Below, piece by piece: positions 38,141 through 48,472 of a stretch of DNA of 64,000 bases. The notes beneath the pieces were generated by a model, which was not told the DNA's origin, ran no database searches, and worked only from the letters and a program-made list of their open reading frames with translations. Position numbers and translations under genes: made by a program. How positions within the stretch are numbered: the first letter of the stretch is position 1; each line of letters begins with the position of its first letter. The DNA is from Burkholderiales bacterium (GTDB taxonomy: Bacteria > Pseudomonadota > Gammaproteobacteria > Burkholderiales > Casimicrobiaceae), in assembly GCA_025354165.1 (NCBI GenBank), contig JANXNI010000061.1, forward strand, positions 55,384 to 119,383. The letters are read 5' to 3'.

Positions 38141-39361
38141 TTACCGCGAAACGTATTTCCCCAACTCCGACTTGGCAATCGCTGCACGATGCACTTCATC
38201 CGGACCGTCGGCGAAGCGTAGCGTGCGCGCGGCGGCGTAGGCGTACGCAAGCGGGAAATCGCCGCTCATGCCGCCGCCGCCGTGCGCCTGCATCGCCCAG
38301 TCGATGACCTGGCAGGCGACATTTGGCGCGACAACCTTGATCATGGCGATGTTCTGTTTAGCGACTTTATTGCCTGCGACGTCCATCATCCATGCCGCGT
38401 TCAGCGTGAGCAGGCGGGCCTGATCAATCATGCAGCGCGATTCGCCGATGCGCTCGTGCCAGACCGTCTGCGATGCGATGGGTTTGCCGAAAGCGACGCG
38501 TTGCGTCAGGCGCTTGCACATGAGTTCCAGCGCGCGCTCTGACAGGCCGATCAGGCGCATGCAATGATGAATGCGGCCCGGCCCGAGGCGACCTTGCGCA
38601 ATCTCAAAGCCGCGACCTTCACCGAGCAACATATTGGCAGCTGGCACACGCACGTTCTCGAACGTCATCTCGCAATGGCCGTGCGGCGCGTCGTCGTAAC
38701 CGAAGACTGTGAGCGGGCGCACCACGGTGACGCCGGGCGTGTTGGCGGGCACCAAAATCATCGACTGCTGCAAATGCTTCGGCGCGGACGCGTCGCTCTT
38801 GCCCATCACGATGTACACCGCGCAGCGCGGATCGCCGGCGCCGGAAATCCACCACTTGCGGCCATTGATCACGTAATCATCGCCGTCACGAATGATCGAG
38901 GTTTCGATGTTCGTCGCGTCGCTTGAGGCTACGCCCGGTTCAGTCATCGCGAATGCGGAACGAATTTCACCGGCGAGCAAGCGCGGTAACCACTCTGCCT
39001 TTTTCTCAGCGCTGGCGTACTGGATGATGGTTTCCATGTTGCCCGTGTCCGGCGCAGAGCAGTTGAAAACTTCGGGCGCCCAGGGCACCCGTCCTGTGAT
39101 TTCGGCGAGCGGCGCGTATTCCATATTGTTCAAACCAGCGCCATATTCGGGGTGTGGACAGAATAGATTCCACAGCCCTGCTTCGCGAGCAAGCGGCTTC
39201 AACTCTTCGATGATGCGGGTCGGTGTCCACCGCTTGCCTGCCGCCGTGTTGTCCGCAACATCCTGCTCGTAGCGATGCTCGTTCGGGTAAATGTGCTGAT
39301 CAAAGAAACGCAACAGTTCTGCCTGATAGTGTTTGACTTTGTCGCTGTACTGGAAATCCAT
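38141..39361 (-). CDS. acyl-CoA dehydrogenase
   Basis: [32 protein letters not shown] and ADGPDEVH motifs. Confidence 0.95.
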   Translation of the reverse strand: MDFQYSDKVKHYQAELLRFFDQHIYPNEHRYEQDVADNTAAGKRWTPTRIIEELKPLAREAGLWNLFCPHPEYGAGLNNMEYAPLAEITGRVPWAPEVFNCSAPDTGNMETIIQYASAEKKAEWLPRLLAGEIRSAFAMTEPGVASSDATNIETSIIRDGDDYVINGRKWWISGAGDPRCAVYIVMGKSDASAPKHLQQSMILVPANTPGVTVVRPLTVFGYDDAPHGHCEMTFENVRVPAANMLLGEGRGFEIAQGRLGPGRIHHCMRLIGLSERALELMCKRLTQRVAFGKPIASQTVWHERIGESRCMIDQARLLTLNAAWMMDVAGNKVAKQNIAMIKVVAPNVACQVIDWAMQAHGGGGMSGDFPLAYAYAAARTLRFADGPDEVHRAAIAKSELGKYVSR

Positions 39362-39376
39362 TGTCTTGCTCCTTCG

Positions 39377-40456
39377 TTATCGAATCTGTTGTGCCACGAG
39401 CCAACCCTGCTCCGCAATCGGTCGTGTTGATTTGCCCATTGCCACGGCCTGTGCGCTTGCGGCGGTTCCGTCGACGACGCGCTTCATGATGCCCTGCAAA
39501 ATGCCCGCCATTCGGAACATGTTGTACGCCATATAAAACTCAAAATTGGGGATGCCGTCCTGACGCCCGGTTCGCTCGCAATAGCGCGCGATGTAATCCT
39601 TCACGTTTGGAATTCCGCTGCCAGTGAGATCAACGCCGCCAAGGCCGCGCCCCGCGCCGGGCGGCAGATACCACGCCATACAGTGATAGGCGAAGTCGGC
39701 TAACGGATGTCCGAGCGTCGAGAGTTCCCAATCGAGCACCGCCAAAATGCGTGGTTCGGTCGCATGAAAAATCACGTTGTCGAGCCGGTAGTCGCCGTGC
39801 ACGATGCTGGTTTCCTCTCCCGCCGGAATGTGTGCGGGCAACCACGCGATCAGGGCATCCATCGCGGGGATCGATTCAGTTTCGGAGGCACGATACTGCT
39901 TGCTCCAGCGTGCGATTTGTCGCGCTAGATAACCTTCATGTTTGCCGTAATCAGATAAGCTCGCTGCCGCAAAATCCACCTTGTGCAGTGCGGCCATTAC
40001 TCGATTCATCTCATCGAAAATCGCACTGCGCTCCTCGGGTGTCATGTCCGGAAGCTGCGGATCCCACAGCACGCGGCCATCAACAAAATCCATCACGTAA
40101 AACGCGCGCCCGATGATCGACTCGTCCTCGCACAACGTGTGCATCTTCGCGACGGGCACATCACTTCCGGCAAGCCCGCTCATCACTCGAAATTCACGAT
40201 CAGTGGCATGCGCGGACGGCAGCAATTTGGCGGCGGGGCCGGGTTTTGAGCGCAACACGTAGGTTGTGCCCGGTGTGATGAGTTTGAACGTGGGATTGGA
40301 TTGGCCGCCCTTGAATTGCTCAACAGTCAGTGGCCCCGCAAATCCCGCTATGTGGGTGCGCAGATAGGACTCAAGCCCAACAACGTCGAAGCGTTGCCGC
40401 TCCGCCACCGGCATCGTGCCGGTGAACAATTCAGTTCGATTTAGCGTATCCGACAC
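39377..40456 (-). CDS. APH-family phosphotransferase (ACAD10/11-associated type)
   Basis: GGQSNPTF, HGDYRLDN and DWELSTLG motifs; adjacent to the acyl-CoA dehydrogenase. Confidence 0.92.
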   Translation of the reverse strand: MSDTLNRTELFTGTMPVAERQRFDVVGLESYLRTHIAGFAGPLTVEQFKGGQSNPTFKLITPGTTYVLRSKPGPAAKLLPSAHATDREFRVMSGLAGSDVPVAKMHTLCEDESIIGRAFYVMDFVDGRVLWDPQLPDMTPEERSAIFDEMNRVMAALHKVDFAAASLSDYGKHEGYLARQIARWSKQYRASETESIPAMDALIAWLPAHIPAGEETSIVHGDYRLDNVIFHATEPRILAVLDWELSTLGHPLADFAYHCMAWYLPPGAGRGLGGVDLTGSGIPNVKDYIARYCERTGRQDGIPNFEFYMAYNMFRMAGILQGIMKRVVDGTAASAQAVAMGKSTRPIAEQGWLVAQQIR

Positions 40457-40526
40457 AGTGCTCCTCCGGGCGTCATCATCGCGATGCTAGTCCACATGAA
40501 TCGAGCGTTCGCTCAACGGGAAAGCA

Positions 40527-41303
40527 CTATTGATCGTATCCGGGAAATTTGCGATCCAGCCGACGGAGCAACCCCGGCCAGCTAATCATGCCGCCCTTGC
40601 CTTTGGTCGCCTGTTTTGCCTGCGCCTGCGCCATGTCAATGATGGATTGCGGCACCATCAAAAGCTCGCCGCCGCCCGACTGCGCACGAACCTGAATCGT
40701 GCAGGTAGCCTCGAAAAAATACATCTGCTGAAACGCATCGGCAATCGTCGGCGCGACCGTCAGCAAACCATGATTGCGCAGCATCAAATAATTCTTGTTG
40801 CCAAGGTCGGTCACCAGTCGTGGCTTTTCGTCGTCCATCAGCGCCACGCCTTCGTAGCCGTGATAGGCGAGGCTCGCGAGGATAAAAATGGATTGCTGCG
40901 AGATTGGCAATACGCCACCCTTTTGCGCGCTCACGGCCACGCCATTCAGGCTGTGGGTATGCAACACACATTGTGCGTTCTCGCGCGCTGCATGCACCGC
41001 GCTGTGAATCACGAAACCTGCGGGATTGATCGGATGCGGATTGCCGTCCAACTTGTTGCCGTGCAGATCAATTTTTACGAGCGACGAAGCGGTGATTTCC
41101 TCAAACATCAGGCCGTAGGGATTGATCAGAAAATTATGGCCGTCACCCGGAATTTTCGCAGTGATGTGCGTGAACACCAGATCATCCCAACCCATCATTG
41201 CGACCGCGCGGTAACAGGCCGCGAGATCTACCCGCGTTTGCCATTCTTCGGGCGAAACACTCGCTTTGACTTGTGCGGCGTCCCATTCCAATCTTGCATT
41301 CAT
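40527..41303 (-). CDS. class II aldolase/adducin-family protein
   Basis: NPAGFVIHSAVH, HTH and LRNHG motifs. Confidence 0.92.
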   Translation of the reverse strand: MNARLEWDAAQVKASVSPEEWQTRVDLAACYRAVAMMGWDDLVFTHITAKIPGDGHNFLINPYGLMFEEITASSLVKIDLHGNKLDGNPHPINPAGFVIHSAVHAARENAQCVLHTHSLNGVAVSAQKGGVLPISQQSIFILASLAYHGYEGVALMDDEKPRLVTDLGNKNYLMLRNHGLLTVAPTIADAFQQMYFFEATCTIQVRAQSGGGELLMVPQSIIDMAQAQAKQATKGKGGMISWPGLLRRLDRKFPGYDQ

Positions 41304-41323
41304 TTTGAGCCTCCTTTAACGTT

Positions 41324-42295
41324 TCATTGGTCAATGTGCGCGCGAACAATGTCGTCAAAGCTCGCATCAGTCGTCATGCCTAATGATTTTCCTCGATCTG
41401 CCGTGAACGCTTGGGGCCATGATGACACCAGTCGATCCACGACCGGATCAAGCTGCCACGATACGCGTGCTGCAACAGTCTCGCCTGCGACCCGACGCAA
41501 GCTCTCCACCATCTCGCGAACGGACACCGTGATGCCGGGTACACTGATGCTGCGCGTGTAGGGCAATGCGCTGGCGGGCGCTTCGTGACCGATGATGATG
41601 TTGTCGACCACACGCGATGGACTCAGACACCACATCCTCGCATCGGGTGAAGCAGGGCAGACGGAATCAACCCCTGCCAGCGGTTCGCGGATAATGCCGC
41701 TGGCAAAGCTTGACGCCGCCTTGTTCGGTTTCCCGGGGCGCACGGTGACCGTTGGCAATCGCAGCGAACGACCGTCAATCATGCCGCGCCGCGACATGTC
41801 CGATACCAGTAATTCGCACATCGCTTTTTGCGCTCCATACGAGCCCTGCGGCGTCAGAATCTGATCGTCTGTTAGCACAGCGGGCAGCGCGCCGCCAAAC
41901 ACCGCGACGGAGCTGGTGAACACAAACTTTGGTGGCGCGGCTAACAGTCGTGTAAGTTCAAGCAGTGTTCGCGTCGAATCCACATTGACGCGCATGCCGA
42001 TGTCGAAGTCTGCTTCGGCCTGGCCGCTCACCACTGCGGCGAGATGAAAGATGCTGCCAGTGCTGGGTGTTACCGCGCTGGCCAGCACGTTGCGATCCGT
42101 GATGTCACCCACCACTTGCGTCACACGCCGATCATCGAGCCACGACTCGTTTTGAGCAGCGACGATATCGACTAATACCAGTTCGCTGATTTCGCGCACC
42201 TGCCCTGCTGCGTCGGTGAGCACACTGCGTTCGAGCAACTTGGCTGCGAGCAGTTTTCCGATAAACCCGGCACCGCCGGTGATGACTACACGCAT
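41324..42295 (-). CDS. denD: D-erythronate dehydrogenase-like NAD-dependent SDR
   Basis: TGGAGFIG, HLAAVVSGQAEADF, YGAQK and RPGKPNKAASSFAS motifs. Confidence 0.75.
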   Translation of the reverse strand: MRVVITGGAGFIGKLLAAKLLERSVLTDAAGQVREISELVLVDIVAAQNESWLDDRRVTQVVGDITDRNVLASAVTPSTGSIFHLAAVVSGQAEADFDIGMRVNVDSTRTLLELTRLLAAPPKFVFTSSVAVFGGALPAVLTDDQILTPQGSYGAQKAMCELLVSDMSRRGMIDGRSLRLPTVTVRPGKPNKAASSFASGIIREPLAGVDSVCPASPDARMWCLSPSRVVDNIIIGHEAPASALPYTRSISVPGITVSVREMVESLRRVAGETVAARVSWQLDPVVDRLVSSWPQAFTADRGKSLGMTTDASFDDIVRAHIDQ

Positions 42296-42316
42296 AGACT
42301 CCGCCTTGATTTGTTT

Positions 42317-42380
42317 GTAGGAGCGGCGAGAGCCGCGACAGCTCGTGGCACTGGCGGTTCGCGGCTTTCGCCGCTCCTAC
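42317..42380. repeat. REPIN: two inverted GTAG REPs with a 20-nt spacer
   Basis: GTAGGAGCGGCGAGAGCCGCGA ... TCGCGGCTTTCGCCGCTCCTAC. Confidence 0.9.
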
Positions 42381-42413
42381 AGGTAAAAGATGTCCTGATT
42401 CTAGAATCGACCG

Positions 42414-43040
42414 ATGCACACTGTCACCGAACAAATCACAAACGCACTTTCAACGACTGGGTGGTACGTCGGAGATTCGATTTTTTCAGCCTCGTTGACG
42501 AGTGATCTTTCAACTCAGGGGCATTCGCGCTCTAGCGCGGGTCAATTGCATGCGGCGCACGTGGGTCGGGCTGATGGCACGCAATTAAGCGAACGAAACC
42601 GCGGCGACGACACGCTCTGGCTCACCGACGCCCCGCACGACGCGTACGAGCGCGAGGCACTAGCCACGGTGAATACGCTGCGGACGGACTTGAATGAATC
42701 GCTTTATTTGGGCGCGCGATCAACGGAGTTGCATTTTGCGCGCTACGCGCCCGGCGCGATCTATGTCAAACATCGTGACCGATTTCGCGATAACGATGCG
42801 CGCGTGGTATCGATGGTGTTCTATCTCAACGAAACTTGGGCCGATGATGCGGGCGGCGAGCTGGTGATCTACGATGATGATGCTGACGGAACGCGGCTGG
42901 CTTGCGTATCGCCACGCAGCGGCACGATGGTCTGTTTTCTGAGTGATCGCTTTCCGCATGAAGTGTTGCCTGCGACGCGGGAGCGGCTTTCACTCACAGG
43001 ATGGTTGTCGCGCGACGGCCCTCAACCCCAGCATCAATAA
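42414..43040 (+). CDS. 2OG-Fe(II) oxygenase (prolyl-hydroxylase-like)
   Basis: HRD...YLN...GGEL...HEV...R triad pattern. Confidence 0.9.
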   Translation: MHTVTEQITNALSTTGWYVGDSIFSASLTSDLSTQGHSRSSAGQLHAAHVGRADGTQLSERNRGDDTLWLTDAPHDAYEREALATVNTLRTDLNESLYLGARSTELHFARYAPGAIYVKHRDRFRDNDARVVSMVFYLNETWADDAGGELVIYDDDADGTRLACVSPRSGTMVCFLSDRFPHEVLPATRERLSLTGWLSRDGPQPQHQ

Positions 43041-43049
43041 GATCGACGC

Positions 43050-43499
43050 ATGAGAGTTCTGATTCAACGTGTGGCGTCGGCCAACGTAGCCGTCGACGAA
43101 AAGGTCGCGGGCGCAATCGATGCCGGTCTGTTGCTGCTCGTCGGCATTACGCTGACCGACACCGAAGCCATCGAAGATCGAATGGCCGACAAGATCGTCA
43201 AGCTGCGTATTTTCAGCGATGATCTGGGCCTGATGAACAAGAGCGTGCTCGATGTGGGCGGCGGCCTGCTCGCAGTCAGCCAGTTCACGTTGTACGCCGA
43301 TGCCAGAAAAGGCAATCGCCCCAGCTATACCGATGCCGCCCGACCGGAGCAGGCGTCGCCTGCGTTTGATCGTTTCGTGGCAAAGCTTTCCGCACGAATT
43401 GGCAAAACCGTACCGACCGGTGTCTTCGGGGCTGACATGAAAGTTTCACTCGTTAACGATGGGCCAGTCACGATCTGGCTGGATTCAGAAACACTATGA
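43050..43499 (+). CDS. dtd: D-aminoacyl-tRNA deacylase
   Basis: [13 protein letters not shown] and NDGPVT motifs. Confidence 0.97.
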   Translation: MRVLIQRVASANVAVDEKVAGAIDAGLLLLVGITLTDTEAIEDRMADKIVKLRIFSDDLGLMNKSVLDVGGGLLAVSQFTLYADARKGNRPSYTDAARPEQASPAFDRFVAKLSARIGKTVPTGVFGADMKVSLVNDGPVTIWLDSETL

Positions 43500-44158
43500 A
43501 CACAATTCGCACCGAGCTTGATCACATTGTTATTGCAGCGAAAGCGCTGACCATTGGCCGCACCTGGGCGCGTGAGATGCTGGGCGTCGACGCAGTCGGT
43601 GGCGGCAAGCATGACGGTCTCGCTACGCACAACACTTTGCTCAAACTCAATGGCAATCGCTACCTCGAAATCATCGCGATTGATCCCGACGCAGGCGCGC
43701 CGAATTTTCCGCGCTGGTTCGGGCTGGATACGGCGGAAGTGCAGCAGCTCATCGCGCACGGGCCGCGTCTGGTGGCGTGGGTTGCACGGGCCAACGGCGC
43801 TGACGACGCCATCGAACAACTGGCCTCATCACCGAATTACAGCGCGAACATTGTTCGCTCCGCAACGCGCGCCGACTTTCGCTGGCGATTTGCGTTTACG
43901 CCAGAAGGCGAACGCATCAACGGTGGCGTCTTGCCGCATTTGATTCAATGGGATTCGCCCGTGCATCCGTGTGAGCGATTGCCGGAGAGTGGTGTGTCAC
44001 TGATCGCTTTGGCGCTCGGTGCGCCTGAACCCGAGAGCACGACAAAGCTGCTTGAATCGTTTGCCTTCGCCGACGAATGGGTGCAGGTGGCCCAAAGCGT
44101 GTCGCCGCAGTTGGTGGCGGTGCTTAACACGCCGCTAGGGCGCGTCGTTCTCGATTAA
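43496..44158 (+). CDS. VOC/glyoxalase-like family protein
   Basis: LDHIVI, GGKH...[12 protein letters not shown] and LIQW motifs. Confidence 0.85.
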   Translation: MNTIRTELDHIVIAAKALTIGRTWAREMLGVDAVGGGKHDGLATHNTLLKLNGNRYLEIIAIDPDAGAPNFPRWFGLDTAEVQQLIAHGPRLVAWVARANGADDAIEQLASSPNYSANIVRSATRADFRWRFAFTPEGERINGGVLPHLIQWDSPVHPCERLPESGVSLIALALGAPEPESTTKLLESFAFADEWVQVAQSVSPQLVAVLNTPLGRVVLD

Positions 44159-44164
44159 CAATCT

Positions 44165-44228
44165 GTAGGAGCGGCGAAAACCGCGAGCCTCGTGGCGCGC
44201 CACTATTCGCGGCGTTCGTCGCTCCTAA
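44165..44228. repeat. REPIN: two inverted GTAG REPs with a 20-nt spacer
   Basis: GTAGGAGCGGCGAAAACCGCGA ... TCGCGGCGTTCGTCGCTCCTAA; same 64-bp length as the 42317 copy. Confidence 0.88.
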
Positions 44229-44313
44229 AGCAGCTGCCTCCGTCATCGATTCCAGCGCGTGCCGCGTTATGCTCCCGCCACTTCATTTGTCGGCTTCAGG
44301 CCGGGAGACGTGA

Positions 44314-45321
44314 TTGAGAACCTTGCTTATCGCCGCCGGACTCGTCTGCCTCAGCAACGTAGCGCAGGCTGACCTCAATATCCTGTGCTCCACCGACCCC
44401 GACTGGTGCGAGAGCAAGGCGCGCGAGTTCTCGGTGCAGACGGGGATCAAGGTCAATCTTGCGCGCAAAGCCACTGGCGAGGTGTTCGCGCAACTCAAAG
44501 CTGAGTCTGCGAACCCGAAGGCGGACGTCTGGTACGGCGGCACCCATGACCCGCACTTGCAGGCGGCCAACGAGGGGCTGCTGCAAATCTACGTCAGCGC
44601 GAACATGAAAGATCAATACGCATGGTCAGCCGATCTGCTGGAGAAAAGCGGGAATCAGGTCGCGGGCATTTACCGCATCACGCTGGGCTTTGGTTACAAC
44701 CGCGATCTGCTCGTAAAGCGCAAGCTGACCGCGCCCGCGTGCTGGAGCGATCTCGTCAAGCTCGAATTCAAGGGCGATGTCGAAACATCAAACCCCGCCA
44801 CCAGTGGAACCGGGTACACCATTCTCGCCACACTCGTGCAATTGATGGGTGAGGATAGAGCGTTCGAGTATCTTCGCGCACTCAACAAAAACGTGAATCG
44901 ATACACCACCAGCGGCACCGCTCAACGGCAGAGCGTGGCGCGCGGAGAATCGCTCATTGGCATCACGTTTCTCGATGAATTCATTCCTGAGCTTTATGTC
45001 AACGCGCCCATCGAGATTGTGCTGCCGTGCGAAGGCACGGGCTACAGCGTTGGCGCGATGAGTATCGTCAAAGGCGCCCGCAATCTGGATGACGCGAAGA
45101 AGTTTTACGATTGGGCATTAACCGCCGACGCGCAAACCATTCGCGATCAAACCAAAGTCATCGCTATCCCATCGAACCGCACGGCCTACGCGCCGGAACG
45201 CGTTAAAGCACTCGAACGAGCAAAACTGATCAACTACGACTTCGCGAAATTCGGATCGAGCGCGGAGCGCAAACGGCTCATTGAAAGGTGGGATCGCGAA
45301 GTGAAAAACGCGGGGCGTTAG
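44314..45321 (+). CDS. ABC substrate-binding protein, Fe3+/AfuA-like cluster
   Basis: Signal peptide; NPKADVWYGG, NPATSGTGYT and PCEGTGY motifs. Confidence 0.88.
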   Translation: MRTLLIAAGLVCLSNVAQADLNILCSTDPDWCESKAREFSVQTGIKVNLARKATGEVFAQLKAESANPKADVWYGGTHDPHLQAANEGLLQIYVSANMKDQYAWSADLLEKSGNQVAGIYRITLGFGYNRDLLVKRKLTAPACWSDLVKLEFKGDVETSNPATSGTGYTILATLVQLMGEDRAFEYLRALNKNVNRYTTSGTAQRQSVARGESLIGITFLDEFIPELYVNAPIEIVLPCEGTGYSVGAMSIVKGARNLDDAKKFYDWALTADAQTIRDQTKVIAIPSNRTAYAPERVKALERAKLINYDFAKFGSSAERKRLIERWDREVKNAGR

Positions 45322-45424
45322 CCATCAGCGCGGGCGGGCGCGATTTTTCGCTATCCTTGAATGTTGTCCCTTTCGTTTCTCTCTCAGAATTTTTACTGCA
45401 CCACCCAAGCTCCAAAGGTAAGCC

Positions 45425-46453
45425 ATGAAGAAAACCCTACTCAAAATTAGTACCACCGCCCTCGCCGCAGGTGCCCTCGCCGCGCCTGCGTTCGCCCAAC
45501 AAGTCAACGCCTTCTGCTCTACCAATCAGGCCTGGTGCGAAATGGCGGCGACCGAATTCACCAAGTCGACCGGCATCAAAGTCGTGCAAACGCATCTGGG
45601 CACGGGCGAGGCACTCGTGCGCCTGAAAGCAGAAGCGGCCAATCCAAAAACCGATATCTGGTGGGGCGGCACCGGTGACCCGTTTCTCGCGGCGTCTGAA
45701 GAAAAACTACTCGATGCCTATCGCCCCGCCTACACCAAGGATTTGTACGACTGGAGCGTGCGCCAGTACGACATGAGCGGCAACATGGTTGGCGCGTTCT
45801 ACACGAGTTTTATCGGCATGGGCTGGAACGAAGAAACGCTCTCGAAAAAGAAACTCGCCGCACCGAAATGCTGGGCTGATCTGACCGATCCGAAATATAA
45901 AGGCGAGATCGAAATGGCGCATCCCGGCTCGTCGGGCGGCGCGTACACGATCGTCGCGGGACTCATTCAGTTGATGGGCGAGGACGCCGCTTTTGAATAC
46001 ATGAAAAAGCTGCACAAGAACATCACGAGCTATACGAAAAGCTCGCAAGCACAGGCGAAAAACGTCGCGCGCGGTGAAGCGGGTATCGGCATCTCCTTCC
46101 TGTTCGGTTTTGAAGAAGAGCGTCAGGCTGGATTCAAATCCGTGCGCTCGGCGGCGCCGTGTGAAGGCACTGCGTACGAACTCGGCGGCATCGCGCTCAT
46201 CAAGGGTTCACGCAACGGCGAAAACGCTAAAAAATATTACGACTGGCTCATGAGCCCGGTCGGTCAGGGCATCGGCGCCAAGGCCAATTCGCTGCAAAAC
46301 CCCGCCAACAAAACGTTCAAGCAGGACGCAAAAATCCCGGCGATGGACGGCGTAAAACTCATCAATTACGACTTCAAGAAATACGGCGCATCCGCAGAGC
46401 GCAAGCGCATTCTTGAAAAGTGGGAAAGGGAAATTAACTCGCTGCCACGCTAG
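45425..46453 (+). CDS. ABC substrate-binding protein, paralog of the preceding gene
   Basis: Signal peptide; NPKTDIWWGG, HPGSSGGAYT and PCEGTAY motifs; similar C-terminus. Confidence 0.9.
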   Translation: MKKTLLKISTTALAAGALAAPAFAQQVNAFCSTNQAWCEMAATEFTKSTGIKVVQTHLGTGEALVRLKAEAANPKTDIWWGGTGDPFLAASEEKLLDAYRPAYTKDLYDWSVRQYDMSGNMVGAFYTSFIGMGWNEETLSKKKLAAPKCWADLTDPKYKGEIEMAHPGSSGGAYTIVAGLIQLMGEDAAFEYMKKLHKNITSYTKSSQAQAKNVARGEAGIGISFLFGFEEERQAGFKSVRSAAPCEGTAYELGGIALIKGSRNGENAKKYYDWLMSPVGQGIGAKANSLQNPANKTFKQDAKIPAMDGVKLINYDFKKYGASAERKRILEKWEREINSLPR

Positions 46454-46488
46454 GCGCACAGAGCCTGAGCGCAGCCATTACGCAGATT

Positions 46489-46604
46489 CAGCTTTCTCGT
46501 AAAAGCAAGGACGCACAGGGGCTAATTGCGTAAAACGTGCGGAGTCGACTTATGGCCGATTACGTCTCTGGCCCCTATGAAACCGTGCTTTCAGCATAAA
46601 GTCA
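46489..46604. repeat. 116-bp symmetric intergenic element, copy 5 (between convergent genes)
   Basis: CAGCTTTCT 46489, GGGGCT 46518, AGTCGACT centre with TCGA at 46545, GGCCCC 46570-46575, ATAAAGTCA 46596-46604 (right end degenerate). Confidence 0.82.
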
Positions 46605-46659
46605 TACCCATAAATCCGCGCGGGGCTGTGTCCGCGTTACGCGAACGACCGAAGCACCG

Positions 46660-48441
46660 TCAACTCTTCGGACGTTTCGTCTCGTCAATATCCATCAAGT
46701 GCCAGAAGTGCTGGCGGTATGGAAGGCGTTTGTAGTTCAGCAACCAGGGCTGCGTGAGTACGTTTTGATAGCGGAAAACACCGGGTTGCCACACGGAATT
46801 CACGGTAGCCAGTTCGTTCATGGCTTTGTAAAGTGCCCAGCGCTCCGGCCCGATCGGAAGTGTCTGCGCCTTCTCGTAAATTTCATCGTATTGTTTGATG
46901 TTCATGCGTGCGAAGTTCGATTGGCCAATGCTTTTGCTGTACAAAAGCTGCAAGAACGAATTGCCGTCCGTGCTGGATTCGTTCCAGCCTAACCCCCAAA
47001 ACTGTAGCTGACCGGCGCGACCCTGCTTCAACAGGTCGGGCCATTTTTGCGTGTTGTAGGCGATCTTGATGCCAATTGAGTCGAGCGCCTTCTTCCACAG
47101 CTCATCGGATTCACGATCAATGGCTCGGGGGGACGACGAGCGCGTAATGACCAGTGGTTTGCCGTCGGGCATTTCGCGGAAACCATCCCCGTCACGATCC
47201 TTGTAACCAAATTTGTCGAGCAGCGCGTTCGCCAATGGCACGTCGTAACTGTTCAGGTTGGGCTTGTTGGGAATATGCCCGGTTTGCGTGGGCGGTAATA
47301 TTTGATTGGCGGGCGTGGCCTGATTGCGAAACACGATCCGCACGTAGTCATCAATCGGATAGGCCATGATGATGGCGCGACGCAACGCGATTTTCTCCGG
47401 CGTATATCCGCCGACTACCGGATCTTCCATGTTGAAGTAATCGAACGACAGTGCGGGTTCAAGCGCGCGCTGGTGCTTCACCCCTTTGGCCGCAAATTCC
47501 GGGGACAGTTTGCCGTTTATTACTACGTTGCCGATCAAATCCTGTCCGACGAACTCGTAGTCCAGCAGGCCCGATTTGAACGTCAGCAGGCGCGGGTTTG
47601 CCTCTTCAATGATGCTGATTTCTACATTGCCAACCAGCGGCATATCTTTGCCCTGATTCGAAGCGATGACGGCCTTGTCCTCTGCCGTCTCGCCTTCAGT
47701 CAGCGGGTACTTGCGAGCGTAATTCGGGTTCTTGGTCAGAATGACTTTGTTGCCTTTGATCCACTGCTTGATCATGTAGGGCCCGGCTCCGACGGGATTG
47801 CTCATGACGCGCCCGCCCGGATCGCGATAGGCCTCCACCACTTCGCGGGCAACCGGCGACCAGTTGTATCCCAGCATTAACTCAGTGAGGGTGTAGTCGG
47901 GCTGCTTGAGCTTCAACTGAACGGTGTAACGATCAATTGCCTTGAGGCCTTCAATCGGCTTGTCGTAGTCGAACTTGCCCGAAGCTTTTGCTTCTGCCAC
48001 GAGTTCATTGCCACCGATCAATTTGTTGTCAATGTGCCAGAGAGTCGGCGACGCCATCTTCGGGTCGAGCATGCGCTTCCACGAATAGACGAGATCCTCT
48101 GCGGTGACTTCGCGCTTCTTGCCCTTGAATACCGGGTCATCCGCGAAAAATGTACCCTTGCGCACACGAATTTTCCAGGTCAAACCATCTGCCGAAATTT
48201 CCGGCATCGCCTCGGCCAGCGCTGGACGCAAGCGGGCAGGGCGAACGTAGTAATCGAACTCGAATAGATTGGCAAAAATCGCGTTATTGACGTGGCCCGA
48301 GTACAAATCGTTAGTGGCTGCCGGATCAAAGCCGGTGACGTCCACAGGAAACGCCACACGAAGCGTCTTGGTCATGTCGGTCGCATGCGCGGGCAGAACA
48401 AGTGACACGCTGGCCAAACACGCAATGAGAATTCGCTTCAT
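46660..48441 (-). CDS. ABC substrate-binding protein family 5 (OppA/DppA-like)
   Basis: Signal peptide MKRILIACLA from ATG 48441; GFDPA, PVGAGPYM and ALRRAI motifs; ORF track start 48711 overlaps the upstream gene. Confidence 0.9.
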   Translation of the reverse strand: MKRILIACLASVSLVLPAHATDMTKTLRVAFPVDVTGFDPAATNDLYSGHVNNAIFANLFEFDYYVRPARLRPALAEAMPEISADGLTWKIRVRKGTFFADDPVFKGKKREVTAEDLVYSWKRMLDPKMASPTLWHIDNKLIGGNELVAEAKASGKFDYDKPIEGLKAIDRYTVQLKLKQPDYTLTELMLGYNWSPVAREVVEAYRDPGGRVMSNPVGAGPYMIKQWIKGNKVILTKNPNYARKYPLTEGETAEDKAVIASNQGKDMPLVGNVEISIIEEANPRLLTFKSGLLDYEFVGQDLIGNVVINGKLSPEFAAKGVKHQRALEPALSFDYFNMEDPVVGGYTPEKIALRRAIIMAYPIDDYVRIVFRNQATPANQILPPTQTGHIPNKPNLNSYDVPLANALLDKFGYKDRDGDGFREMPDGKPLVITRSSSPRAIDRESDELWKKALDSIGIKIAYNTQKWPDLLKQGRAGQLQFWGLGWNESSTDGNSFLQLLYSKSIGQSNFARMNIKQYDEIYEKAQTLPIGPERWALYKAMNELATVNSVWQPGVFRYQNVLTQPWLLNYKRLPYRQHFWHLMDIDETKRPKS

Positions 48442-48472
48442 ACAGACGCGCTTCAGAAAATTGAAGTCCCGA

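Noticed and set aside
38077-38250. 58-aa N-terminal extension of the methyltransferase in the ORF track
   Set aside because: Overlaps the acyl-CoA dehydrogenase 3' end; homology begins at MDSLELCAG (ATG 38076).
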